Shown: piece by piece, positions 10,846 to 21,409 of the stretch
How the letters are laid out: each line of letters begins with the position of its first letter
Position numbering within the stretch: position 1 is the stretch's first letter
Assembly: GCF_044324875.1 (NCBI RefSeq)
Contig: NZ_CP172185.1
Strand: one strand, 5' to 3'
Length of the DNA stretch: 64,000 nt
Origin: Escherichia coli
GTDB taxonomy: Bacteria; Pseudomonadota; Gammaproteobacteria; Enterobacterales; Enterobacteriaceae
Notes under the pieces: generated by a model
Told to the model about the DNA's origin: nothing
The model's database searches: none
Seen by the model: only the letters and a program-made list of their open reading frames with translations
Program-made: the position numbers and the translations under genes

Positions 10846-11382
10846 ATGCAAAGAGAGCAAATCGTGCAGATAACCGAAACCGTACTTTCAGAGCCGGTGG
10901 AAATCCGGCGTTTTATTCAGCAGGCGGTGGATCACTGGCCGCGTCTGCTGGCCGTTCAGTTCACACTTCATTCAACAGGAGGAAATTGTGACGGGAGGCA
11001 GATTCATGCGTTTTACTGGGCATTTTACCGACAGCTGAATCAGCGAAGCCATACCGGATATCCGTTACTGCCGGTGGTGCTACGCTGGCTGCGGGAAACG
11101 ACAGAAAGCACAGACAGCACCGGGATACGCTGTCTGTTGCTGATCAGCCAGGATCTCATTTGCCCACCAGGATCCGGAATGACGTCTGATGACGCTGATT
11201 CGCACCTTGTGGCGTTACTGCAGCAGGCCGGCACCACACTCACGGCAGAAGGGCACTGTACGGTGGTATGCTGTTACAGGGTGGTGCGTGCAGCCACACC
11301 TGAAGGCGCTGAGTCACTCACGGCATTCAGAAACGCGTGCCTTTCGTTGGCCAGGCCCGTGATGGCCGGCATCATCCGCTAA
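10846..11382 (+). CDS. hypothetical protein, possibly another YagK/YfjJ-like paralog
   Basis: ORF immediately upstream of the helicase; weak resemblance (LAVQFTLH, IRCLLLISQD); start chosen at internal ATG 10846. Confidence 0.3.
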   Translation: MQREQIVQITETVLSEPVEIRRFIQQAVDHWPRLLAVQFTLHSTGGNCDGRQIHAFYWAFYRQLNQRSHTGYPLLPVVLRWLRETTESTDSTGIRCLLLISQDLICPPGSGMTSDDADSHLVALLQQAGTTLTAEGHCTVVCCYRVVRAATPEGAESLTAFRNACLSLARPVMAGIIR

Positions 11383-11508
11383 GCAACATGATGTATCCCG
11401 GTTCAGCCGCTGAAACCGGCTCCTTCAGCAGCAGACCGGTATGAGGTTGTTCCCCCGGACATTCCTTCGTAGAATCCGTGCTGTGTTCGTACTTCCGGAG
11501 CCGTCGCC

Positions 11509-14354
11509 ATGAAAATCTGTCTTTACCATACCCTGAATCCTGAAACGATCCCGGGCTATAAAAAGTTTGCGCAGGCCATTGAGGCAGATAATTTCGCGCA
11601 GGCGGATGTGCGTAAAATTGATACTAATCTCTACCGGGCACGCCTCAGTATCCGGGATCGGTTGTTGTTTTCACTTTACCGTTACCGTGGTGAGACGGTC
11701 TGCCTGGTACTGGAATATCTGCGTAACCATGCTTACCACACGTCACGTTTTCTGCGCAGGAATGTGGTGATCGACGAGGCGCGGCTGCAGCTGCAACCGG
11801 TGCCGGATCCGGCAGATGCAGACGCCGGTACACTGACGTATCTCAACCCCACTCACGGGCGTTTTCACTACCTGGATAAAATGCTCTCTTTTGATGATGA
11901 CCAGCAGGCGCTGTATGAACATCCGATGCCACTGGTGATTGTCGGCTCCGCCGGCAGCGGAAAGACGGCACTGTTACTGGAGAAAATGAAGCAGGCCGGG
12001 GGCGATATTCTGTATCTCAGCCTTTCGTCATTTCTGGTGGAAAAAGCCCGCACACTCTATCACGCATCTGGTGAAGAACATGACGGGCAGACCATTGATT
12101 TTCTGTCGCTGAGCGAGTTTCTGGAAACCCTGCGCATTCCGGAAGGGCGGGAGGTGACGTTCAGTGCGTTCAGCAACTGGCTGCCCCGCAACCGGACCAC
12201 CGCTGCACTGGGCTCTGGCCATACCCTGTATGAGGAATTTCGTGGTGTCATTGGTGCCGTTGCTTCTGACAACGGACCGCTGTCCCGGGAGGCGTATCTG
12301 TCGCTGGGAGTACGTCAGTCACTTTATGATATGGATGACCGTCCGGCGGTTTACGCCCTGTTTGAGCGTTATGTTGCATGGCTGAAACAGTCGCGTCAGT
12401 ATGACAGTAATCTTCTCAGCCACCAGTACCTGCCACTGGCCGGGCACCGTTATGATGTGGTTTTTGTGGATGAAGTGCAGGATATGACGCCTGTGCAGCT
12501 GCGGCTGGTTCTGAAAACCCTGCGTCATCCCGGTCAGTTTGTACTCTGCGGCGATGCCAATCAGATAGTTCATCCCAGCTTTTTTCCTGGAGTGCCCTCA
12601 AAAGCCTCTTTTTCCGGCAGCAACAGAACGAGGCTGCCGTGAATATTCTGCAGGCGAATTACCGTAACGGGCACCATGTCACCGCACTGGCTAACCGGCT
12701 GCTCAGACTTAAACTGGCCCGGTTCAGTGCCATTGACCGGGAAAGTCACCATTTTGTCAGAAGCTGCGGGCAGACGGAAGGCACCATCAGGCTGCTGGAA
12801 GACCGGGAAGCCACCCGCCATGAGCTGAACAGCAAAACCTCCCGCTCAAACCGTGTGGCGGTGATTGTGATGCAGCCGGAGCAGAAAGCACAGGCCCGGC
12901 GCTGGTTCAGTACACCGCTGGTTTTTTCGGTTCAGGAAGTGAAGGGGCTCGAGTACGAAACGGTGATCCTGTACAACATGGTCAGCAGTACCCGTAAGGC
13001 ATTTGATGATATCTGCGAAGGGATCAATCCGGCAGATCCTGAGGGTGAGGTGCGTTATGCCCACCCCCGGGACCGGCAGGATCGTTCAGCAGAAATCTAC
13101 AGGTTTTTCACCAACGCGCTGTATGTTGCGCTCACCCGTGCCACGCACAACGTGTACCTTGTTGAGCAGGAGGTGGCCCATCCGCTGTGGTCCCTGCTGG
13201 CCCTCACGCATCATGAAACGCAACTGGAGCTGCAGGAAGAGATTTCCAGCCGTGATGAGTGGCAGAAAACCGCTCACCTGCTGGAAAAACAGGGGAAGCA
13301 GGAGCAGGTGGACACCATCCGCAGTATGATCCTGCAGGAGTCAGAAGTACCGTGGCAGATCTTCAGCGCAGAGGATGCGCGGCAGTGGAAACAGCAGATC
13401 CTCAGCGGGACGGCGGACAAAGCCACGAAACTGCAGGCGCTGGAATACAGCCTGATTTATTCCCTGTTTCCGCTGTATAATGCGCTGTACCGGGAAGATT
13501 TTAAGCCCACAAGGCAGCCCCGGACCCGGAGCCAGCAGTTACTGGAGCAGAAGTATTTTCGTCCCTACTCAGTGAATAATCCGGTCGCCGTGCTGAGGGA
13601 TATTGAACGTTATGGTGTTGATCACCGCTCGCCGTTTAATCTTACGCCGCTGATGCTGGCAGCCCGGGCGGGGAACACGGCGCTGGTTCAGTTGCTGCTG
13701 GATCGTGGTGCCGATCCCACGCTGACGGCAAATGACGGGCTGGCGGCGTATCATCATGTTCTGTCAGCGGCGGTCAGCACGCCCCGTTATGCGCAGCAGA
13801 AGGGGGCACAACTCTATGCCTTGCCGGGACCGGAAAGCCTGTCACTGCAGGTGGAAGGGCGGCTTGTCAAACTGGACAACCGGCAGATGGCAATGTTTCT
13901 GGTGATCCTGATGCAGGCATTGTTTTACACGCATCTGGGGAATGCTCTGGTTTTTTCAGAAGCCTTCAGTGCGGCACGACTGGCAGAGTGTGTCGCCCAC
14001 TTTCCTGAAGCCCTGCTGCCGGAACGCCGCAGGCGGAGGAATTATATCAGCAGCCAGCTTTCTCAGCATGAAGTTAACAGCAAGAACCCTTATGGAAAAA
14101 AGCTGTTTCTGCGACTGAGGCATGGTCAGTATATTCTTAATCCGGGGCTGAAAATCAGGCAGAATGACGGGTGGTACCCGGTTTACGACTTGCAGTCACC
14201 GGAAGATCTCGGTCATGATTTACAGACGTATCTGCAGGACATGCCCCCGTACATTCTGGAGATTCTGGGGGGCAGGAAGGATGTTTACGAACAAAGTAAG
14301 GGGTCTGTCGGATACTGGGTGGCGATGATCCGCCGTCACAGTGGTGAGCCGTAA
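11509..14354 (+). pseudogene. UvrD/Rep-like SF1 helicase with C-terminal ankyrin repeats, split by a frameshift in a T6 tract (12580-12585)
   Basis: Walker A GSAGSGKT, motif II VFVDEVQD, motif III CGDANQ in frame 1; downstream NYRNG, ALTRATH motifs and ankyrin repeat (LTPLMLAARAGNTALVQLLLDRGADP) in frame 3; adding one T restores one ORF of about 947 aa. Confidence 0.7.
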
Positions 14355-14422
14355 TGTTCCGCACTGCGCGGATATCCTGAAACATGTTCTGTTAATGTTA
14401 CCTGGTTCAGAAGAGATAAACA

Positions 14423-15412
14423 GTGAGCAGCAGGAAAGAGAAAAATACGCCCACGCCGCATGATGCCGCCTTCAGGGCGTTTATGGCCTCAGCAGAGGTG
14501 GCCCGTGATTTTGTTGAACTGCATCTTCCGGCGGAATACCGGCAGTTGTGTGATCTGTCGACGCTGCGGCTGGAGCCCTGTACCTTTGTGGACCAGGATC
14601 TGAAACAGTATGCGTGCGATGCGCTGTTCAGCATGAAGACCGTCAGCGGTGAGGAGGGGTATATTTATTGCCTCGCGGAACACCAGAGTACGGAAAACGC
14701 GTTTATGGCGTTCAGGATGCTCAGATATGCGGTGGCGGCGATGCAGCGTCACTTTGAACAGCACCATGAGCTGCCGCTGGTGATCCCGCTGTTATTCTAC
14801 CACGGTGAGCGGAGCCCGTACCCGTACAGCATGAACTGGCTGGAGTGTTTCAGAAATCCGGAACTTGCTGCTAAAATCTACACCAGACCGTTCCACCTGG
14901 TGGACGTGACGGTACTGGATGACGATGAGATAATGCAACACCGCCGAATGGGGGCACTGACGCTGCTGATGAAACACAGCCGCAGCCGCGACATCATGCT
15001 GCAGATGGACAGGCTGGTTCAGCTGATACAGACTTCACTGAATGAAGAGCTGGCGAAGGCTCTGTTCCACTATCTGCTGAACGGCAGTGAACATGTGACG
15101 GTAAGGTTTTTGCAGACGCTGGCGGAGCGGCTGCCACAGCATGAGGGCAACATAATGACACTGGCTGAACAACTGAAGCAGGAAGGGGAAGTCAAGGGAT
15201 TTGAGCGCGGTATTGCCCAGGGTATGGAGCGCGGTAAGCTAGAAGGCAGAATGGAAGGCAGAATGGAAGGCCGTGCCGAAGGGCGACTCGAAGGACAACT
15301 GGAAGGCAAACTGGAAACGGCGCGTAATATGTTGGCTGAAGGAATGGGGCTTCAGACCATCATGAAAATCACGGGATTGAGTGAAGAACAGCTGAAAAAA
15401 ATCAGCCACTGA
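14423..15412 (+). CDS. Rpn-family recombination-promoting nuclease / putative transposase (YhgA-like, PD-(D/E)xK)
   Basis: 329-aa ORF; N-terminal PHDAAFRAFMASAEVARDF pattern and C-terminal EG(R/K) low-complexity repeats typical of E. coli Rpn proteins. Confidence 0.7.
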   Translation: MSSRKEKNTPTPHDAAFRAFMASAEVARDFVELHLPAEYRQLCDLSTLRLEPCTFVDQDLKQYACDALFSMKTVSGEEGYIYCLAEHQSTENAFMAFRMLRYAVAAMQRHFEQHHELPLVIPLLFYHGERSPYPYSMNWLECFRNPELAAKIYTRPFHLVDVTVLDDDEIMQHRRMGALTLLMKHSRSRDIMLQMDRLVQLIQTSLNEELAKALFHYLLNGSEHVTVRFLQTLAERLPQHEGNIMTLAEQLKQEGEVKGFERGIAQGMERGKLEGRMEGRMEGRAEGRLEGQLEGKLETARNMLAEGMGLQTIMKITGLSEEQLKKISH

Positions 15413-15885
15413 AGCATTGAGGCGTGATGTATAGCACGCCTCGTTCTGTCTGACAGTATTTTGTTTCCTGTGTATTTGGTCGTTTCAGGTCAACCTTTGT
15501 CGGGAGCCTGGCGTTGGTACCTGCTGAGGAAAGAGGGAACTGGACGCAGAGTGACAGTCTGCGAATTGCAGGAAGAGGATGCGAAAGTGTTCGCTTCTTC
15601 CATTGTGTCCCTGATTTAAATTCGGATACTCAAATCTGAAGCGGTGACTCGTATACGTGTGAGTCACCGGGACTACCGCTTGAGTGATGAAAAATAGTCG
15701 TGTTAACGCAAAGCTGAAGTGACACATCTTATTTCAGCGAATGCGTTTGACCGCCTTACTATACACTTTTGAGCATTCTCTTTTCCTGACGGAAACCACG
15801 AAGACGACAATCTTCTCGTCTATAACCTGATATACAAGGCAAAAAACCGTCAAGAGCAGGAGCAGGCGGTCCGCCAGACAGTCCA

Positions 15886-16206
15886 TTGCATAAGGCTATC
15901 AGCTATATCCTGAAACGACCTGATGAGCTGTGCCGTTTTCTGGATGATGGCTCTGTGCCACCGGACAACAATATCTGCGAACGAGCCATCCGCCCGGTCA
16001 CGCTGGGGCGAAAGGCATGGTTATTCGCAGGCTCGCTGATGGCCGGCAAACGCGCGGCACAGATAATGAGTCTTCTGGAAACAGCAAAGCGTAATGGTCT
16101 GGAGCCACATGCCTGGCTGACGGACGTACTGACGCGCCTGCCGGAGTGGCCTGAGGACCGACTGGCTGAGCTGCTGCCTCTTGAGGGATTTACCTTCTCC
16201 GGGTGA
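15886..16206 (+). pseudogene. IS66-family transposase TnpC, C-terminal fragment
   Basis: 106 aa with DNNICERAIRPVTLGRKAWLFAGS, parallel to the C-terminus of the intact TnpC at 23005-24543; no N-terminal part or companion orfs. Confidence 0.75.
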
Positions 16207-16324
16207 CACAACACCTGCCGTCAGGTCTTTGCACACCGGGCCATGGCCTGCTGTCGGGCGTTGAGCGCCTGACAGCGGGTTATTGAGAAAGTCAGTCACC
16301 ATGCGCCTGGCTGACAGTCAGGAC

Positions 16325-16545
16325 CTGCACGTCAGCGCCTCCCTTACCCTGGTCAGGACTTCACTGCCTGCCACAAACTCCCGTGTCAGTACTTCGCGGC
16401 CTGACGCGCTCACCCTACTCAGTCCTTCAGAGCCCGCCTCCGGTACCTGGCAAGGCAGACGCCGGGGCGCAATAAAATAAATCAACCATCGCAGGGCGGC
16501 GATCATTCGCAACAACCGCTGATGACGAGCCCAGAAACGTGTCAA
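16325..16545. repeat. copy A of a ~220-bp diverged non-coding repeat (second copy at 22395-22625)
   Basis: about 75 percent identity to 22395-22625, shared core AATAAAATAAATCA-CCATCGCAGGGCG-CGATCATTCGCA and paired internal direct repeats CCCTGGTCAGGACTTCAC / CCGTGTCAGTACTTCGC. Confidence 0.6.
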
Positions 16546-16554
16546 GACGATTTC

Positions 16555-16689
16555 ACCGGAACCGTTTACCCCAAGCAGAGCGGCAATAGATCCGCCTGGT
16601 ACTGTGAAGGATGCATCGCGCAGTGCTTTCTGCCCGTTTCGCCAGGTGACAGTAACGCCATTAACGACAATACCCGCAGATTGCATCAT
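16555..16689 (-). pseudogene. sitB: sitB 5' fragment (ABC transporter ATPase, truncated inside the Walker A motif)
   Basis: first ~45 codons resemble SitB-type ATPase (SFTVPGGSIAALLGVNGSG) then diverge into repeat A; start overlaps sitA stop. Confidence 0.6.
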
Positions 16690-17603
16690 TACTTCTCCCT
16701 TTTCCCGGCTTTAATTCCCTGCACCAGCGTACTGGTAGTAACCTTCAGAAGGTCGATATACGTAGGTACCGGGCCGTTTTCTGTGCTCAGGGAATCGACA
16801 TAGAGCACACCGCCGTAGTGTGCGCCGGTTTCACGCGCAACCTGACGCGCTGGTTTATCGGAAACCGTACTCTCACTAAATACCGCTGGGATATTATTTT
16901 TCTTCACTATATCAACCACTTTACGTACCTGCTGGGGTGTTCCTTGTTGATCGGCATTTATCGGCCACAGATAAAGCTCTTTTAGCCCCAAATCGCGTGC
17001 GAGATAAGAAAAAGCCCCTTCACTGGTGACCATCCATCTTTTATTCTCAGGGAGTTCAGCAATCTGCTTACGCAGGGGGGCAAGGGTTTGGGTAATCTTG
17101 GCTTTATAAGTATCGGCATTACGTTGGTATGTTTTTGCATTTGCCGGATCGTATTTTATCAACGCATCGCGAATATTATCGACGTAAATCAAAGCATTAT
17201 CTGGCGACATCCAGGCATGAGGGTTAGGTTTTCCCTCGTAGGGGCCTTCGGTGATCCCTACTGGCGTCACACCCGAAGAGACAATCACTTCTGGAACACC
17301 ACTGAGATGCTGGTAAAAGCGCTGGAACCACAATTCCAGATTCATACCGTTGGCGAGAATCAGTTGTGCCCCCTGCGCACGTTTAATATCGCCAGGGGTA
17401 GGCTGATACTCATGAATTTCTGCACCGGGCCTGGTTATGGATGAGACTTCTGCAGCATCTCCAGCCACGTTTTTGGCCATATCTGCGATGATGGTAAATG
17501 TTGTAATGACCTTGAATTTTTCAGTTGCACTCGCCTGAAATGCTATCGAGCAGGTGAGGGCGAGGCACCCCAGGAGCATGGTTACTTTTTTTATTGAGTG
17601 CAT
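16689..17603 (-). CDS. sitA: SitA, periplasmic Mn/Fe-binding protein of the SitABCD ABC transporter
   Basis: 304-aa ORF with signal peptide; recognised as the SitA/cluster A-I metal-binding protein family. Confidence 0.8.
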   Translation of the reverse strand: MHSIKKVTMLLGCLALTCSIAFQASATEKFKVITTFTIIADMAKNVAGDAAEVSSITRPGAEIHEYQPTPGDIKRAQGAQLILANGMNLELWFQRFYQHLSGVPEVIVSSGVTPVGITEGPYEGKPNPHAWMSPDNALIYVDNIRDALIKYDPANAKTYQRNADTYKAKITQTLAPLRKQIAELPENKRWMVTSEGAFSYLARDLGLKELYLWPINADQQGTPQQVRKVVDIVKKNNIPAVFSESTVSDKPARQVARETGAHYGGVLYVDSLSTENGPVPTYIDLLKVTTSTLVQGIKAGKREK

Positions 17604-17635
17604 AATTCAGTACCTATAGTGAGTAAAATTAGAAC

Positions 17636-17657
17636 AAACATAGCAACGGCTATGTTT
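17636..17657 (-). promoter_or_regulatory. MntR operator (palindrome AAACATAGC-AACG-GCTATGTTT) in the sitA promoter
   Basis: perfect inverted repeat matching the E. coli MntR box, 33 bp upstream of the sitA start. Confidence 0.7.
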
Positions 17658-17682
17658 TATAGCATAAGCTATACACAATGCA

Positions 17683-17697
17683 AATGATTATCATTAG
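17683..17697 (-). promoter_or_regulatory. Fur box-like site (AATGATTATCATTAG) in the sitA promoter
   Basis: 13 of 15 match to the core of the Fur consensus GATAATGATAATCATTATC. Confidence 0.55.
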
Positions 17698-18237
17698 TAA
17701 TTCAGACCCCAACACAGGCATTAGGTTGTTTCCTGCTGGCGATGTGGTATTGAGGAAAAGCGTAGGACAGATATCAGGCTTTGAAAGTAAGTGTTAAGTT
17801 AAGCGAACGCCGTATTGACGCTTATTTATTGGTGAGTACTACGTTCCATGGCAGGAGTTCGTCATATAGACGATTATCTCAGTAAACATATTTATCCCTC
17901 CTGATAATTGTCTTTAATGATATGTTTTTATTCTTTTTGAAATAACTCACAAAATGATAATCAGGTCTACACAGAAATGTGATACACATCTTGTTTTTTA
18001 AAGAAGAAAAATGACATTGCTCACATATTTATCTGGGTTTATATAAATAATGTAATTATTGTGAAAAGTAACTATTTGATTTTTAAGTATATATTCGCAA
18101 ATCAAATTAGTTAATATTTCAGAGAAATTAGAAGATCTTCACATTTATAAAATCAGAATGTGATTTTTATCTCGGTTTATTACTTGATGATAAAGTATTA
18201 AAGGTTTTAAATATTATGTTTGTATAGGAGTACAATT

Positions 18238-18696
18238 TTGGATATCTATTTTGACGACAGTTTGCTATCCCTGAATCAGAATTTTACATCTCCAGAAGAT
18301 GGTATTCGTTATGCAGGTGAATTATTGCAGAAATCAGGAGCCTGTACATCTGATTATATTGAAGAAATGATCCACACATATCACGAATTTGGCCCAGTTA
18401 TTGTTCTGGATAATGGTGTGGCGATGCCTCATGCTCGACCAGAAAAGGGAGGATTAAAAAGTGCTTTCTCTGTGGTAGTAACAGAATTTCCAGTGATATT
18501 TCATCATCAGGAGTTTGATCCGGTGAATGTCATTATTGCCATCTGTGCCATAGACTCAGATACACATATTCATCTTATTCAGATTGTAGCTGATTTAATT
18601 GAAAGAAATATTGCGTCTTATGTGAGAAATAGTAGCAAAGAGCAGGTCTTATATTTTATCCAGAAATCAATAGAGAGGACGTTATGCTTAAAATAA
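18238..18696 (+). CDS. PTS EIIA component, ascorbate/mannitol-type (PTS_EIIA_2)
   Basis: active-site region GVAMPHARPEKG; start uncertain (TTG 18220 or TTG 18238 after RBS TAGGAG). Confidence 0.65.
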   Translation: MDIYFDDSLLSLNQNFTSPEDGIRYAGELLQKSGACTSDYIEEMIHTYHEFGPVIVLDNGVAMPHARPEKGGLKSAFSVVVTEFPVIFHHQEFDPVNVIIAICAIDSDTHIHLIQIVADLIERNIASYVRNSSKEQVLYFIQKSIERTLCLK

Positions 18697-18965
18697 GAAC
18701 TGTATGCGGCAATGGGATTGGTAGTTCATTAATGGCAGCGAATAATGTTAAAAAAATTTGTGAGGAAATGGGCATAAAAGCAGATGTAGCCTCGGTCGAT
18801 TTTGCTAACGCAGTTGGGGAAAATGCTGATCTGTATATCACTGTTAAAGAGTTTGCCTCACAATTTCCATCTCAGTATAGAGTCGCTGTGATCCGTAGTT
18901 ATGTACATAAGGTGAAAATTGAAGAGGATGTTAAAGATACTTTACAGAAACTGAGTCAATTCTGA
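18684..18965 (+). CDS. PTS EIIB component (UlaB/SgaB-like)
   Basis: 93-aa ORF with N-terminal CGNGIGSS phospho-cysteine motif. Confidence 0.7.
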   Translation: MLKIRTVCGNGIGSSLMAANNVKKICEEMGIKADVASVDFANAVGENADLYITVKEFASQFPSQYRVAVIRSYVHKVKIEEDVKDTLQKLSQF

Positions 18966-18985
18966 TATTTTACAGGGGGTATATT

Positions 18986-20380
18986 ATGACATCAATTCTT
19001 TTAACTCTTACAGAAATCTTCAGTCAACCAGCCTTCCTTATGGGGATTATTTCTTTGGCTGGATTACTGTCATTACGTTCGCCACTTAATAAATTACTAA
19101 CTGGTACACTGAAACCAATCCTCGGTTATTTAATGTTGAGTGCAGGTGCCGGTGTGATTGTTTCAAATTTAAATCCTCTGGGTGGTATTATCGAAGCTGG
19201 ATTTAATATAAGAGGCGTTATACCTAATAATGAAGCGATCGTATCAGTAGCTCAGAAATTACTTGGTGTGGAAACCATGAGCATTTTATTGCTCGGATTT
19301 ATTTTTAATCTTGTCATTGCACGATTTACTAAATATAAGTACATATTTTTAACAGGACATCATTCATTCTTTTTAGCGTGCTTATTTTCTGCGGTATTAC
19401 AGGCTGCGCATTTTAGTAACGGGGAATTGGTCATTATAGGCGGTTTCCTGCTGGGAGCATGGTCTGCGATTTCTCCAGCAATCGGGCAACGTTATACCAG
19501 ACGAGTGACTGAGGATGGAGGGATTGCCATGGGACACTTTGGCTCCTTGGGTTATTATCTGTCAGCCTGGATTGCAGCGAAAGTTGGTAAAGCAGACACA
19601 TCATTTGCTGATACTGAAATTTCTGAAAAATGGGGCTTCCTGCGTGATACCACAGTGACTACCGGTATTGTAATGGTTGTTATTTATCTGGTATGCAGTA
19701 TTGTTGCTGGTTCCGCATATATCAGTACAATTACCGAGCAGAATCTGGTGACCTTCTCCATCCTGTCCGGTCTACAGTTTGCGGTAGGAGTTGCTATTGT
19801 CTACAGTGGTGTGCGTTTAATCCTAGGCGATCTTGTCCCCGCATTTCAGGGGATTAGCCAGAAACTGATACCGAACTCAATTCCGGCTGTTGACTGTGCG
19901 GTATTCTTCACTTTCAGTCCTACTGCAGTGGTGATTGGCTTTATCTGTTCTTTTTTAGGTGGCCTTGTTGGTATGTTGATACTGGGGGGGGTTGGTATGG
20001 CGCTGATTATCCCTGGCATGGTTCCGCACTTCTTCTGTGGTGGTACCTCTGGTGTATTTGCAGATAAGCTTGGAGGTAAAAAAGGTTGTATTATTGCGTC
20101 GTTTATTGGCGGTATTTTCCTCGCTTTTTTACCCGCAATGTTGTTACCTGCACTGGGAAATCTCGGTTTTGAAAACAGTACCTTTGCAGACTTTGACTTC
20201 GCTGTATGGGGGATTGTTATCGGTGAGGCCTTTACTCACTTCGGACAAATTGCTGTTTATATTATTTGTGCTGTTATGAGCCTGGTATTACTGATCCCGT
20301 TTGCTTTTAAATCCATAAAAGTTGTAGGAAATACAATGAGCTATGAAGAGTTAACGAAAAAAGATTATGCTGACAAGTAA
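18986..20380 (+). CDS. PTS EIIC permease (UlaA/SgaT family)
   Basis: 464-aa polytopic membrane protein directly after EIIB; RBS AGGGGG. Confidence 0.7.
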   Translation: MTSILLTLTEIFSQPAFLMGIISLAGLLSLRSPLNKLLTGTLKPILGYLMLSAGAGVIVSNLNPLGGIIEAGFNIRGVIPNNEAIVSVAQKLLGVETMSILLLGFIFNLVIARFTKYKYIFLTGHHSFFLACLFSAVLQAAHFSNGELVIIGGFLLGAWSAISPAIGQRYTRRVTEDGGIAMGHFGSLGYYLSAWIAAKVGKADTSFADTEISEKWGFLRDTTVTTGIVMVVIYLVCSIVAGSAYISTITEQNLVTFSILSGLQFAVGVAIVYSGVRLILGDLVPAFQGISQKLIPNSIPAVDCAVFFTFSPTAVVIGFICSFLGGLVGMLILGGVGMALIIPGMVPHFFCGGTSGVFADKLGGKKGCIIASFIGGIFLAFLPAMLLPALGNLGFENSTFADFDFAVWGIVIGEAFTHFGQIAVYIICAVMSLVLLIPFAFKSIKVVGNTMSYEELTKKDYADK

Positions 20381-20414
20381 ACACAATATTAGTGTAAAGT
20401 ATTAAGGAGTTGTT

Positions 20415-21386
20415 ATGGCTATAATTACTATAGGACTATCCTGTTTTGACCAGTTTTTTTATATAAACAGATGGCCAAAAGAGAATACTAAAAACTTTTC
20501 CTGTGATTTTATTGAAAGTGGTGGCGGCCCCTGTGCCAATGCAGCATGGTTGCTGGGTTTATGGGGCGAGTGTGTGTACTTCTCAGGCCATCTACAAAAC
20601 GATATCTATGGACAGAAAATTATAGATGAGTTTCATGATGTTGGAGTAAATACAGATTATGTGATTTTCAATAATCAAATGCTTACACCGCTGGCATCTA
20701 TACTAGTGAATCAATTAAATGGTTCAAGAACGATTATAACACGCAAACAGAATTATCCCCCACGAATGACATTTGAAGAAAAGCTGAAAATAGATGAATT
20801 GATTACACATCTGACATATGATGATAAAAAGGAAGTTATTACAATATTAATTGACGGCCATGAACCTGAGTTGAGTGAATATATTATACAGCGAATGCCA
20901 GATGCCCGAGTCGTGATGGACGCAGGCTCTCTTCGGGAGAGTAATTTAAATCTGGCTAAATACACAGACTATCTGGTTGCCAGTGAAAACTTTGCCTGTG
21001 AACTATCTGGAATTGAAAAATTTACATCTGATATACAGTTAAACGAAGCTTTAACAGAACTTAATAAATTGTCCCGAGGTCAGCCCTTTATTACTCTTGG
21101 TGAGAGAGGATGTGCATATCTGAAGAATGGAATACCTACAATATCACCAGCTTTTATTTGTAATGCAATCGATACAACAGGTGCCGGTGATGTTTTTCAT
21201 GGTGCTTTTACGTATGGTGTTCATTACAACTGGCATATTGATAATATTATTTTGTTTGCCAGTCTGGCTGCAGCTATTTCTGTTGAAAAAAAAGGTGTCC
21301 GCGAATCCATACCTGATTTAGCTGATGTCCATAATGCTATAAATCAATATGAAAGAAGTAGAGAAAAATACTTTACTTCATTTTAA
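20415..21386 (+). CDS. PfkB-family carbohydrate kinase
   Basis: 323-aa ORF with DTTGAGDVFHGAF motif. Confidence 0.7.
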   Translation: MAIITIGLSCFDQFFYINRWPKENTKNFSCDFIESGGGPCANAAWLLGLWGECVYFSGHLQNDIYGQKIIDEFHDVGVNTDYVIFNNQMLTPLASILVNQLNGSRTIITRKQNYPPRMTFEEKLKIDELITHLTYDDKKEVITILIDGHEPELSEYIIQRMPDARVVMDAGSLRESNLNLAKYTDYLVASENFACELSGIEKFTSDIQLNEALTELNKLSRGQPFITLGERGCAYLKNGIPTISPAFICNAIDTTGAGDVFHGAFTYGVHYNWHIDNIILFASLAAAISVEKKGVRESIPDLADVHNAINQYERSREKYFTSF

Positions 21387-21409
21387 GTTATACACAAGCA
21401 AGAGGAAAT

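Noticed and set aside
16325-16545. Conserved small hydrophobic peptide (MIAALRWLIYFI...) in repeats A and B as a type I toxin
   Set aside because: The peptide similarity follows from nucleotide conservation of the core; lengths differ (73 vs 18 codons) and no promoter or antisense RNA architecture is evident; kept only as a note under the repeat finding
16318-16689. Full 123-aa ORF as an intact sitB
   Set aside because: Only the first ~45 codons resemble the ATPase; the Walker A lysine is missing and the rest reads through repeat A
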